DNA of 63,002 nt, filler included, from Welwitschia mirabilis (lineage: Eukaryota): assembly GCA_051453625.1 (NCBI GenBank). It is 3 parts of one record of this genome, joined end to end, with 100 filler letters (N's around TTAATTAATTAA, not from the genome) between each part and the next. Parts side by side here need not be neighbours in the genome. Positions count along the whole stretch, not along the records: positions 1 to 27,660 come from JBOZIK010000001.1; 2 more parts are not named here. One strand, 5' to 3'. The notes below the pieces were generated by a model. It saw nothing but the letters and a program-made list of their open reading frames with translations. It was not told the origin of the DNA and did not search any database. A program made the position numbers and the translations under genes. Below, one piece after another: positions 1-11,738 of this stretch (its first letter is position 1; the number at the start of each line of letters is the position of its first letter).

Positions 1-2297
1 CTTTCTAGGGCGAGGTCCTAGACTTTTTTTAGATGGCGGCTGCAAATTAGGTGCCCAATAGTGATTTCCCTCATGGTACAGAGTACCCGGGGAACAAGGT
101 TAGAGTGTGGGCTAGGCCTAGTGGGTGAATCCTCACAAGTACTAGGTTAAGCAAAACAAAAGAAAACAAAGGTAAAGGTAAGGGATAGGGAGGACTTCCT
201 ATAGAAGAAAGTATCCTCAAATTGTTCCAAGGTGTCGAGTAAAGGGATATGGAACAGATCAAGATTTGATATCAGAGATTCCACTCGAATCTCCTATCAA
301 AGTTGTTTCTAGGTGGGTGCAGCTCTTCAAAAAAGAATGAGAAAGGGTAGACCAAAGGGTATTGTTCCTCAGTTGATGATCAAGGGGTTTCTCTCATTCT
401 CTCACACAGTATTCTCTATTATGCCTACAAAGAGTAAGTAATGAAGGAGTGAGAAAAAGGAGTTCTCTAATTAGTGTATCTCTGAACAAACTTCACTCTC
501 TTGAAAATAGAGAGGAGAAAAATATATATAGACCTCTCCTACACAAGGAGGAGGGAGGGGTTCTCACATCACAAAAAACAAATAACTAAAACAATGAATG
601 AAAAACTATACAACAGCATAGAAATCATCAAAAACATGTAGTTGGCGTCGGCTTCTTTTGTGGTCTTCATAAGTTTTCTTCATGAAGGAAGAAAAATTGT
701 CAACTAGCTAAGAGTCAGAAGGAGAGATGAAGCTGGGGTTGCTATCTGGTATAGGCGGAGGGGAGCTCCACTGTTAGATATTTCTTTACAATACTAGAGG
801 ATAAAGGAGAGTTTACGAGAAATCGTAGAGGGCCTCCCAAACACATAGAAGCGAGAGAGAAAGGGAACGACTGTCTCTTAGATGAGAGGCAAAGAAGAGG
901 TAACGTGGAGGAATGGGAAGTGATCGTGGTAATGGAATGAAAGGGAGGCCCAGATAGCATCTCTTTATTGTGTAGTAGTCCTCATCATCCTCAGATTGGC
1001 TACGACTTCGTAGTCAAAATGCTACTTAGAAGTTTGGTTGAATGCTAGCTAGTCCCTACTGGTACGAGAGAGAATCACTCCACTAGAACAGTGGTCAGCT
1101 CACTAGGCATCAGACTAGTACTCACCCCGTAGTGTAATGTCATGGGTAGGCTCGCTTGATTTCGGCATTCCCTAAGGATTTGGTGCAACCTTAGGACTCT
1201 TCTGGAATCGGCTAGAAGTTGAACTAGATGGAGGACTGAGGAATGACATCCTTGTTGAAGGACTGCACCTTGGACAAAACAAACTAAAGGCAAATCTGAC
1301 TGAAATGCCGAAAGGAAGGTTGCGAACTAGATTCTATAGGGATACCAAGTCAAGAGAGCAGAAGGCAGGCGAAGGTTGTGGGATTCCACACCTTAGGCAT
1401 GGAGTTAGATTCCATGCCCTGAGCACGGAATTCAATGGAAAGGGTAAGAGGATGGGAAGAAGGGAGAGGGAAAGGGAAAAGGGGGAAGAGGAAAAGGCAA
1501 AGGGGTGAGAAAAGAGAAAAAAGGAGGAAAAAAAGGAAAGGGGGTAGGGGGTGGGAAGGGTGCAGAGGAGGGAAAAAAGGGGCCTGAAGAAGGGTCAAGT
1601 GGATAGGGGCTTCGGACAGAACTGAAATTGGTCTACAGAGGTTGATGGATGGAGCTATCGTCTAAGTCTTCTTCTCTGTGAGCCAGTCGAGGCTAAAAGC
1701 TATGTGGTTTGGGGCTCAAGGATGAAGTCTAGAGTAAGGATGTCATGTTTAAAGCCTAGTAGTAGAAGGGGAAAGGGGAAAGGTTAAAGGAAAAGGTGGA
1801 GGAGTTAATGAGGTGAAGGAGAGAAGGGTAAAGGAAACGGAATGAGAATGGATTCAAGGCGACATCCTCGATGGGTGAGGTAGCTAGAGGGTGTCTTCTT
1901 ATCAGGTGAGAAGAACGAAGACCACACTAAAGGTAGATCCTAGTGCAGAAAGACACAGGGCTGAGTTCTGGGATTGACCCCTAGAATTGGGCTAGAGATC
2001 AAGGCCAGGCGAGGGAAAGAAGGGAGAGGATTTTGAGAGTGAGGGGGAAGATTGCTCTAGATTCCACACTTGAGCATGGAATCTAACTAGATTCCACACA
2101 TTGAGTGTGGAATTCAACTAGTGGGGTGAAAAGGAAGGAGAAGGACGTGGAGAGAGGGGGAAAAAGAGGAAGGAGAAAGGAAAATGGAGGAGGAGGAAGA
2201 AGGAGAGAAGAGAAAGGAGGGAGGAAAGAGAAGGAAAAGGGCTAAGCAAGATGAAAGGAGTCACCTAGTGTCTAGAGGTCGGGTTGGTATCCAACAC
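1..2297. repeat. Degenerate repeat, probably LTR-retrotransposon derived, with long purine tracts
   Basis: Long GA-rich tracts (1440-1600, 2125-2260) and a recurring GATTCCACAC...GCATGGA motif (~1382, 2060, 2090). The minus-strand terminus TGTTGGATACCAACCCGACC at ~2297 resembles TATTGGTCCTCAACCCGACC at 20823. No intact ORF. Confidence 0.4.
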
Positions 2298-2418
2298 TTG
2301 GGAGACGAATTTAGAGACTATGATGCCAACGAGATTTAATGATGTACTAAAAGTAAGTTTAGGGCTTAATTGAAGTAATTTGAAATTTACCTTTGATGTG
2401 ACCTATGTGTTGCAAACA

Positions 2419-3435
2419 TGTCAGAGATAAGTGAGTTTCAATGATGAAAACTAAGAAGCCCGTAAAACCAGATGAAGAGATACCATGGGCACAAATGCTA
2501 AAATCAAGAACCAATTTATGTTGGGACATCTGACCATTTCCACTGGGACATCCAGGTTAGTCCACAGATATAAGCAGAACACAGATTTCAAGTGCAACAA
2601 ATTAGTCTAGGACGTTCAATGAACAAACGTATTATTTTTTATAAAGTCAAATGTGGGACATCTGAGTTTTTGTCTAGGATGTCCGAGTAATTCTCACATC
2701 AAAAAGTGGGACGTCCAATCATCAGCATGGGACATTCGAGTAGTTCCTATGTTAAAAATGTGGGACATCTAGCCTAATGTGGGACGTCCGACCAGATGAC
2801 ATTATAGCAGAACTATAAATCCATTTGCCTGCCCAACGCATTTTTCCAATGCAAAACATGGATCTCTTTTAATTTGCAATGTCTTTTCCAATGCATCCCT
2901 TCTTTCAAGACAGACTACAATAGCTATATCGAAGAAAAAGTTTAAATAGAAGACTCTTGATCAGATCTAATACCACGATACTAACATTGTATTATCTTGT
3001 ATTCAAAAAAAAATCACTCTGAGCAAAATTGGCTATCATATTCTTTGTATACTCCTCATTGCTGATGTACTGTGCGTTGTCAAGGCACCTTCCCATCAGA
3101 TCTTCTCTCTCTCGAATGCTTCCTCTCTGATTGCTCACCAGGTTGAGCTCTGTTGTATTATCCTACCTTTTTTTGGATGTGAAGAAGAAAAAGGAGGTTG
3201 TGAAGATCTATTGTGCTAATAGAATTAGGAGGCCGATAACAGTTACTGCCCCCTGAGAGTGGAGTAGGCCAATTGCCAAACCACTATAAATATTAGTGTC
3301 TCTTCTTTTCCATTTCTTTCAGATAATGTTTTAGTATTGATTTCTAATTAGGAAGGATCTTAAGGTTATCTGCAATTAAATTTTTTTATATACTGTATTC
3401 AACCCCCCCTTATAGAGCATATTTCGATCCTCACA
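2419..3435 (+). mobile_element. 5' LTR of a Sirevirus (SIRE/Maximus) Ty1/copia element
   Basis: TG...CA ends and many GGGAC(A/G)TCC near-palindromes in U3. C-rich TATTCAACCCCCCC motif near the 3' end. Followed by a PBS. Both ends resemble the LTR at 42354-43536. Confidence 0.85.
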
Positions 3436-3437
3436 AT

Positions 3438-3450
3438 TGGTATCAGAGCC
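3438..3450 (+). promoter_or_regulatory. Primer-binding site, tRNA-iMet
   Basis: TGGTATCAGAGCC, 2 nt after the LTR end. Confidence 0.9.
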
Positions 3451-3506
3451 TAGTTGCTCTAGATTAGCTCCTTTTTCTTTTTTGGTGTTTCTTTCAGATC
3501 TACAGG

Positions 3507-5068
3507 ATGCCATCATCAAGCTTTACCGAAGGCCAATCAATCTCCGGACCTCCACTTTCCACTAAAAATAACTATGCACACTGGAAGTCAAAGATGATGA
3601 TATTTCTTACATCTCTTGATATGGACATTTCGGAGATGATCATAAAGAAATACCAACCCCCCACGATGGTAAGATGCAAATGGAACTATTTCTCTCAAGC
3701 CTCAAGCCAACTCGTATTCAGATGACGAGAAGCAAGCTTGGTTAAACGCTCAAGCCATGAATGCTATAATATGTGCTCTCGTTCTAGAAAAATATGATCA
3801 TGTTGTTCAATGCACTACGACACAAGAAATGTGGGAGACTGAAAATAGCTCATGAAAGGACAAACCTGGTCAAGAACACCAAGCTTCAATTACTGACCAC
3901 CAAATTCGAAAACATCAAGATGGAGAAGTCAGAAACATTTGCTAAATACACTACCAAGATCACCAACATAACAAATAGCATGTAGGGACTTAGTGAGAAG
4001 ATTCCAGAAAATAGGATAGTGTGCAAAATCTTGAGTCTAACAAAGAAATTCAGGCCCAAGGTGACGGCCATTAAAGAGAGCAAAGACATTGATACAATCA
4101 AAGTAGAAGAGCTAAAAGGATCGTTTATGACCTATGAAGCCACCCTCTCGCCAGAAGATGAAGTTCCTAAGAAAAGAAGCATATCTCTCAAAGCCAGCGA
4201 AGAAATTGAAGAGGACTCATCACCCGAGGAAGCTAAAGACGAGGATCTAGCCTCGCTCACTCAAAACTTCAAATAAAATTTAAAGAGAAAAAAGGAGGGA
4301 AGACCGTCCAAAAGATCTTTAAAGCGTGGAAATGAAAAAGTTAAGCAAATTTCTAACTCAATTCAATGCTTTGAATGTAAAGGGTTTGGTCATGTAGCTT
4401 CAGAATGCGCCAATAAAAGAAAGGAGAAAAACTCAAAAGGAAAGGAGAAAAGGCTCTAAAAGCAACATGGGGCGATTCAGATAGTAAGGAGGACAACTCC
4501 AAGGATGATGAAGAGGTACTGAACTTTGGACTCATATCTATCATTGATGATGATGATTCAAACCTTGGACTTGTAGCCTCAAAAGAAGATCATGAAGATG
4601 ATCACGTATGTTCTAAACATGATTACCAAAAGTGTTTTGATTTAGAATATGACGAACTAATTGATGCCTATGAGAATTTGTACAATGTTAGTATTAGCTT
4701 AAGAAAGAAAAATGTTCTCCTGAAAAAACAAACCAATAAACTTGAAAGTAAATTGATTGAAACTAATAGTAGAATACAAGAATTGTCCAAAGACTTGCAG
4801 GATGCAAAAAGAATCACCGAACGTTTAGTGCAAGGAAAGAAAAATCGAAACAAGCTCTTCAGGAGTGGAAGATCCCCCTCTGATAGATCAAGAGTTGGAA
4901 GCTCTTCAGGTATGTCTACTTCTTTTTAGAATTTTCAGTCTAGCATAAAATTTCAATCCTCTAGAAAACTAGCTTGAGATGCTTCTTCTGTAATAAAATT
5001 GGTCATGTTCAATTCTTCTATCTGTACAAAAAGTCTCTTTTCTTTGGTTATGCTCGTGATTTTCACTT
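3507..5068 (+). pseudogene. Sirevirus gag, copy 1 (frameshifts and stops; cut by gap)
   Basis: PPL..NNYAHWKSKM N-terminus, LLTTKFENIKME / KVTAIKESKD gag region, CFECKGFGHVASEC zinc knuckle, coiled coil and a second knuckle CFFCNKIGH. Confidence 0.85.
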
Positions 5069-5168
5069 NNNNNNNNNNNNNNNNNNNNNNNNNNNNNNNN
5101 NNNNNNNNNNNNNNNNNNNNNNNNNNNNNNNNNNNNNNNNNNNNNNNNNNNNNNNNNNNNNNNNNNNN

Positions 5169-8100
5169 GTATCAAAGCCTGGTTGCTCTAGATTAGTTCC
5201 TTTTCCTTTCTGTTTCTTTGGTGTTTGTTTCAGATCTACAGGATGGCATCATCAAGCTTTACCAAAGGCTAATCAATCTCCAAACCTCCAATGCTCTTTG
5301 GAAACAACTATGCACATTGAAAGCCAAAGATAATGATATTTCTTACATCCCTTAATGTGGATATTTGGGAGATGATCATAAAGAAATACCAGCCCCCCAC
5401 GATGATAGATGCAAATGGAGCAGTTTCTCTCAAGCCTCAAGCCAACTAGGATTCAAATGACAAGAAGCAAGCTCGGTTAAACGCTTAAGCCATGAATGCT
5501 ATAATATGTGCTCTTGCTCTAGAAGAATATGATCGTGTTGTCCAATGCACTACGGCACAAGAATGTGAGAAACATTGAACATAGCTCATGAAGGGACACA
5601 CATAGTCAAGAACACAATTACTGACCATCAAATTCGAAAACATCAAGATGCAAGAGTCAGAAAAGGTTGTTGAATGCACTACCAAGATCACCAACATTAC
5701 AAATAGCATGTAGGGAATTGGTGAGAAGATTCCAGAAAATAGGATAATGCGCAAAATCTTGAGGAGTCTAACAAAGAAGTTTAGGCCCAAAGTGACAACC
5801 ATTGAAGAGAGCAAAGACATTGATACTATCAAAGTAAAAGAGCTGAAAGGATCACTTATGGCCTGTGAAGCCACCCTTTTGCCACAAGATGAAGTTCTAA
5901 GAAAAGAAGCATAGCTCTCAAAGCTAGTGAGGAAATCGAAGAGGACTCATCATCCGAGGAAGCTGAAGGTGAGGATCTAGCCTTTCTCACTCGAAACTTC
6001 AAGGAATTTCTAAGAAGGAAGGAGGAGGGAAGATCGCCCAAAAGATCTTCAAAACATGGAAACAAAAAGGGTAAGCAAATTTCTAATACAATTCAGTGTT
6101 TTGCATGTAAAGAGTTTGGTCATGTAGCCTGAGAATGCGCCAACAAAAGGAAGGAAAAAAATTCAAAAGGAAAGGAGAAAAAGGCTCTAAAAGCAACATG
6201 GGAGGATTCAGATGGTGAGGATAATTCCAACAATGACGACGATGTACTAAACTTTGGACTCGTATCTTTCATTGACAATGATCATTCAAACCTTGGACTA
6301 GTAGCTTTAGAAGAAGATCATGAAGGTGATCAGGTATGTTTAGAAAATGATTACAAAGAATGTTTTGATTTAGAATATGACAATCTAATTAATGCCTATG
6401 AGAATTTATACAATGTTAGTATTAGCTTAGGAAAGAAAAGTGTTCTCTTGGAAAAACAAACCAATGAAGTTGAAAGTAAATTGATTGAAGCTCACAGTAG
6501 AATAGAAGAATTGTCCAAGGACTTGCAGGATGCAAAAAGGATTACTGAAGGTTTGGTGCAAGGAAAGGAAAATCTAAACAAGCTCTTAGGGTGTGGAAGA
6601 TCCCCTTTTGATAGATCAAGAGTTGAAAATTCTCCTGGTATGTCTACTTCTTTTCAGTATTTTCAGTCTAGCATAAAATTTCAATCCTTTGGAAAAACTA
6701 GCTTGAGATGCTTTTTCTGTCATAAAATTGATCATGTTCAATTCTTCTGTCCATACAAAAAATCTCCTTCCTTTGGTTATGCTCGTGATTTTCACTTTAA
6801 AAGCATATCTCGCTTGATTAATCAATCTAGGAAAAAGCAAAACAAAATGCAATGGATTAAGAAAAGCTCGATAAACACCTTCTTTGCTCACGTCGCTTTT
6901 AGAGTTCAGGATAAACCTTAGTGGTATCTTGATAGGGGGTGTTCTCCCCACATGACTAGAAACAAAAGTCTGTTAAGTTCTTTTTAAGAATATGATGGGG
7001 ATGAAGCCACTTTTGGGGACAATGGAAAAAGGCACATTATAGGAAAACGATCAATAGCTGCAAACGAATACCACTCGTGATCCACAATGTTTACCTAGTT
7101 GATGGACTAAAGCACAATTTTCTTTGCATTTTCCCAAATCTGTGATAAAGGTAACACTGTTTCTGTCATTAAAGATAAATGTATTGTGACAAACCCAACA
7201 ACCAACAACATAGTTCTGATAAGTGGTAGATCAAAATGCATGTATGTCATTGGATGTGAAGATAAGTCAAGGGAAAAATGTTACATGGGTCATTCTAATG
7301 AAGTAAATCTTTGGCATAGAAGACTAGGGCACATGAACTTAAAAGACCTAAAAGACATCTCTACAAAGGAAATTATAAGGGGCATGCCCAAACTAAACAT
7401 GTCTCAAGCCAAGACCTATGATTCGTGTATTAAAGGCAAGTTCATTCGCTCAAGTTTCAAAAGTAAGAAAAACACCACTTCAACAAGGCCCTTAGACCTA
7501 CTTCATATGGACTTGGTAGGTTCAACCCATACTAGAAGTATAGGAGGACAAAGGTATTTTTTGGTTGTCGTTGATGATTTTTAAAGATTTTCTTGGGTAA
7601 CTTTTTTGACTAGCAAAGATGAAGCTTATGACATGTTTCTAAAATAGTCAAAAAGGTTCAGAATGAAAATGGATATAGCATCAAAACTATATATCTGATA
7701 GAGGAGAGAATTCAACAATAAGAAGTTGAAAACTTTTGTGATTCGCATCATCAATTCTCAGCCCCCTTAGAACTCTCAACAAAATGGAGGAGTTGAACGT
7801 AAAAACTGTGTGTTAATTGAAATCGCTAGGAGAATGAACAATTCTTGTGTCAACATCTTTGGGTTCAAGCAATTAACACTGCTTGCTATGTCTGCAACAA
7901 AGTATTTCTTATACCTTGTACTAAAAGAACAGCTTGTGGACTTTGGAAAGGCAAGAAACCTAAGTAAATTACTTTAAAGTGTTTAGAAGTAAGTATTTTA
8001 TTCTTAAAGATAAACATCCTATAGCAAAGTTTGATTCCAAGACAAAGGAAGGATTTTTTAGGGGTATTCTTCAACTTATAAAGCATACAGAGTCTCTAAT

Positions 8101-8662
8101 AGAGCCTCTAATAGAGTAAAAGAGTCAGCCCATGTTGGAGTAGAAGAGTGCTCAAGACACTTCCAAACATCATAAAAGAGATGATGAAGAAGAAGTCATA
8201 ATAGAAACCCCTGAAATAGAAGGTCGAATAGATAATCAACCATCTTCTTCCAATAGTGAAGAGAAATGCACAAACAGATGTTTGTCTCTCCCTCTTAGAA
8301 CAAGAAGAGATCACCCAGAAACAAATGTTGTTAGTAATCCAACTCAAGGAACAACCACAAGAAGCAGAAAGCACATTAGTCACAGTCTTCTATCTTTTGT
8401 TTCTGAGTTAGAACCCAAGACCTTTCAAGAGGCAAAACATGATGAGGCCTGGATGATGGCCATGCAAAAAGAATTGAATCAATTTGAAAGGAATAAAGTT
8501 TGGAACCTAGTTCCAGGCCCCTCAAACAAAAATGTTATTGGAACAAAGTGGGTCTTCAAGAACCAAAGGAATGAACATCACCACATAGTGCAAAACAAAG
8601 CCAGATTAGTGGCCCAAGGTTATTGTCAACAGGAAGGAATTGACTATGGTGAAACATTTGCT
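5169..8662 (+). mobile_element. Sirevirus copy 2: PBS, gag, protease, integrase and start of RT (degenerate; both ends at gaps)
   Basis: PBS remnant GTATCAAAGCC at 5169 and gag from ATG 5243. WYLDRGCSPHM protease, LWHRRLGH...LLHMDLVG...YFLVVVDDF integrase, EPKTFQEA...GTKWVFKN...KARLVAQGY RT. Confidence 0.9.
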
Positions 8663-8774
8663 NNNNNNNNNNNNNNNNNNNNNNNNNNNNNNNNNNNNNN
8701 NNNNNNNNNNNNNNNNNNNNNNNNNNNNNNNNNNNNNNNNNNNNNNNNNNNNNNNNNNNNNNGTATGGCTTCTA

Positions 8775-8897
8775 TACCTTATTCATAAGCCGCATAAAGG
8801 TACTGGGAGCATTTGACAACCCAAAGGACATTGCCAACCATTCATACAACCCCTCCTTTGTCTTGAAAGCTGTCTTCCACTTATCCCCAAGCCTAAT
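8775..8897 (-). pseudogene. Ty3/gypsy reverse transcriptase fragment, CRM/chromovirus-like
   Basis: Minus strand translates [41 protein letters not shown]. Confidence 0.85.
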
Positions 8898-8900
8898 TAC

Positions 8901-9313
8901 TGACGTGGAACGTACCGCGTGTGAACTCATGGATGAGGCCGAGCCTAGTTAAGAGGGGTGGAGTGGTGTAACTTCCATCTTTAATTTTCAGCATTTATTA
9001 TTACTTTTGTGGAGTGATGTAACCCCATCTTTATATTTAGCCGTTACTGTTATNNNNNNNNNNNNNNNNNNNNNNNNNNNNNNNNNNNNNNNNNNNNNNN
9101 NNNNNNNNNNNNNNNNNNNNNNNNNNNNNNNNNNNNNNNNNNNNNNNNNNNNNNNNNNNNNNNNNNNNNNNNNNNNNNATTTCCGTTGAAAGGACTTATG
9201 TCCTATAAATAAGTACGTCATGTACTGTTGTAGACACAATTTTTGAAATAGAAGTCATTTAGATTTCTCTCTCTTTTTAAGGGTTTTTCTTTGAACGCTT
9301 TTGCGCTGCGTCA
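8901..9313 (+). mobile_element. Putative gypsy (CRM-like) LTR with an internal gap
   Basis: Inverted termini TGACG...CGTCA and a TATA-like CCTATAAAT at ~9201. No TSD (ATTAC versus AAAGT). Confidence 0.5.
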
Positions 9314-11502
9314 AAAGTCGTCAATAAGGTTTTATTGTTGATTTTGTAATTAATCACAAGAAACCATGAGTAGAACAAATAATAAATCAATGGCCTCTTT
9401 CGCATTTTGACATTTATTCCAACAACCAACAACAAATTCTAACAGCAATGGAGATACGAAGATTGAACATAAGATGTATTAAAACAACCTTAAAAACAAT
9501 TTTATTTTTATTATTCTAGTCTTTTTGGATCATTGGATGTATATCATATTATGGTTAACTCGCTATTTGTTACATTAGTTTTATGTACTTTTCTAAATTT
9601 CTGCAAAAATTCTGTTAATGTTAAAATATGATATCCAAATACCTAATTATCTTTAGTAAGTTGATTTATTCTACATATAATTGTTTCAAAAACCTTTTAG
9701 TTTCTAATTTCTAAAAATAAAAATTGTTGTCTCTTGAAGTGTACTATTCCCTTAATTCTCTCAACTTTGTGAACCAAACAATGCCACAAAATTACAATGG
9801 TATTTCTTGATACAAAACCTGGAACCTATTTTTTTACAATGCTAGGACCATTCAAATATTTTCCCTGTATGTTTTAAAATGTGTAGAAGCATTCCCAAGC
9901 AGCCATTTTGATAAGCAAATTTATTTTATTATTTTTCTATAAATTTACACAAATTTATGATTTTTGTGCTATTTGATACTATGTTTCATCTGATTTTTGT
10001 GTCGTTCTCAACTCGTAGAGGTGCCAGCTTTCGGATTTAGATTGGTTTTTGACAATATGACACAAGGTTGCATGAGAAGACCATTCTAGGCAAGTCTGCA
10101 GTTGTAATTAAACGTGATGCCATTCATCTTGTTCCTCATACTGCTCCAGATGAGGATTGGCCAGTGTACATTGAGGAGCTAGATGTAGTTATTCAGGCCC
10201 AAGCACAGCCAAATGATAATGTAGACATAAGTGACAGAGTTAAAGGATCCTAAACAGAGGATACAGATTCTGAATATCGTCAGCATTGCATACTTGCATC
10301 TTTTGTGTTTTGAATTTCTAAGTCTCAGAACTTGATATGGATGATATATTTATGGGTTCTTTTTGCGTCTTTGATATCAAATTACTGTATATGCCTACAT
10401 GAATCTTGGTAAAATCAAAGTATAAATAGAGACTCTGAATCCTTTAAAAGCTAGTTCCCAGTTCCTTGCTGTCGTTTGAAAAGTTATGTTGCAACCTTTT
10501 TGTATCATGTATTACACTTATATGTTTAAGTAACAACTGTTGAATGTAATTTATAGCTATGCATCTTATAATTTAATTAAAAATGTCTAACCATAGGGTT
10601 GAAGAGCTAGAAATTAGTAGAATTCCAATTAAAATCCTCTTTGAAATGCTTTAAAAAAAGACTCTTTACTAACTTTTTATTGACTACCAAGTCTTCGCTA
10701 GGCCAACCCAACCAAGGCGCAAGTTTTCTGAGCTAGATGAGAGGGTCAGCAAATCCAAGACTCGTAACAATGAGGCTTTGAAGATAAAGGTTTTCTACAA
10801 TATGAATGTAACCCTTACATAAATTGTGTATCCCCGGATTCCAGCCCTAACTTTTCACATTGAGGCATAAAAGCGTTTTGCAAATAAGCCTCCAAGTAGG
10901 AGATCGTTGGGATTCTAAAGTTAAAATTTCTAGTTCTCAGAACTCTTGGGCAACATTAGAGTCATCTTTAATGTTATAAACTGTAAGCCCTTGGTTGGCC
11001 TTTTCAATCTAATGAATAAGAAATATTAAAATGTAATGAACGGAATCTATAAATAAGGGATGCTATTAAGGGTTTTGAGTTTTGGCTTTACTTTATTGTA
11101 TTTGATAAGTTCATTTGCATGAATATTAATAAAGGTCTCCTTCCCAATGGATGTTTCCCTTTGCCTTTGAAGGTTTTATCATGTAAATTTTACTTGTGTC
11201 TCTTGCTCTTCTGGTTGTTTTTCTTTTGTTGTTTACTAGTTCTGCCTCTTTCATGACAATTTTGACATGTGTATATCTCTTATATGTGTCACACTGTTTC
11301 TCAAGAACCTTTGTTAACCATCAAATGTTCCTGTTCCACATCTGACCTTGTGTTCTTATCTCTCCTCTTTATCTTATATAAAGTTCAAACTGAAGGATGA
11401 ATGTGGTTTTAACACATAGTCCTTTAGTTCTTCCACAACTTAACTTGCAATTGCTTCATTTGCAAAGATTCTAGATAAGACTTCTGATGTCAGGCATGTT
11501 AT

Positions 11503-11738
11503 TTCAAGGTCTAGTATAGCAGTTGGAATTTTATGGATTTTCAAAAGAGTACTGGAGCACTCCTCCTCCTCACGTGTATGTCAAAGATTGCTTTCATGTC
11601 TCTGATAACTTTTTATTCTCTTCAAGATCTGGTATACTAGTTGGAACTTTATAGATTTTCAAAGAGTACTAGAGCACTCCTCCTTACATGTATGCCAAAT
11701 ATTCCTTTAATGCCTCTGATAACTTTTTATTCTCTTCA
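11503..11738. repeat. Diverged ~118 bp tandem duplication
   Basis: TTCAAG...GGAATTTTATGGATTTTCAAAAGAGTACT...CTCTGATAACTTTTTATTCTC occurs twice in tandem. Confidence 0.85.
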
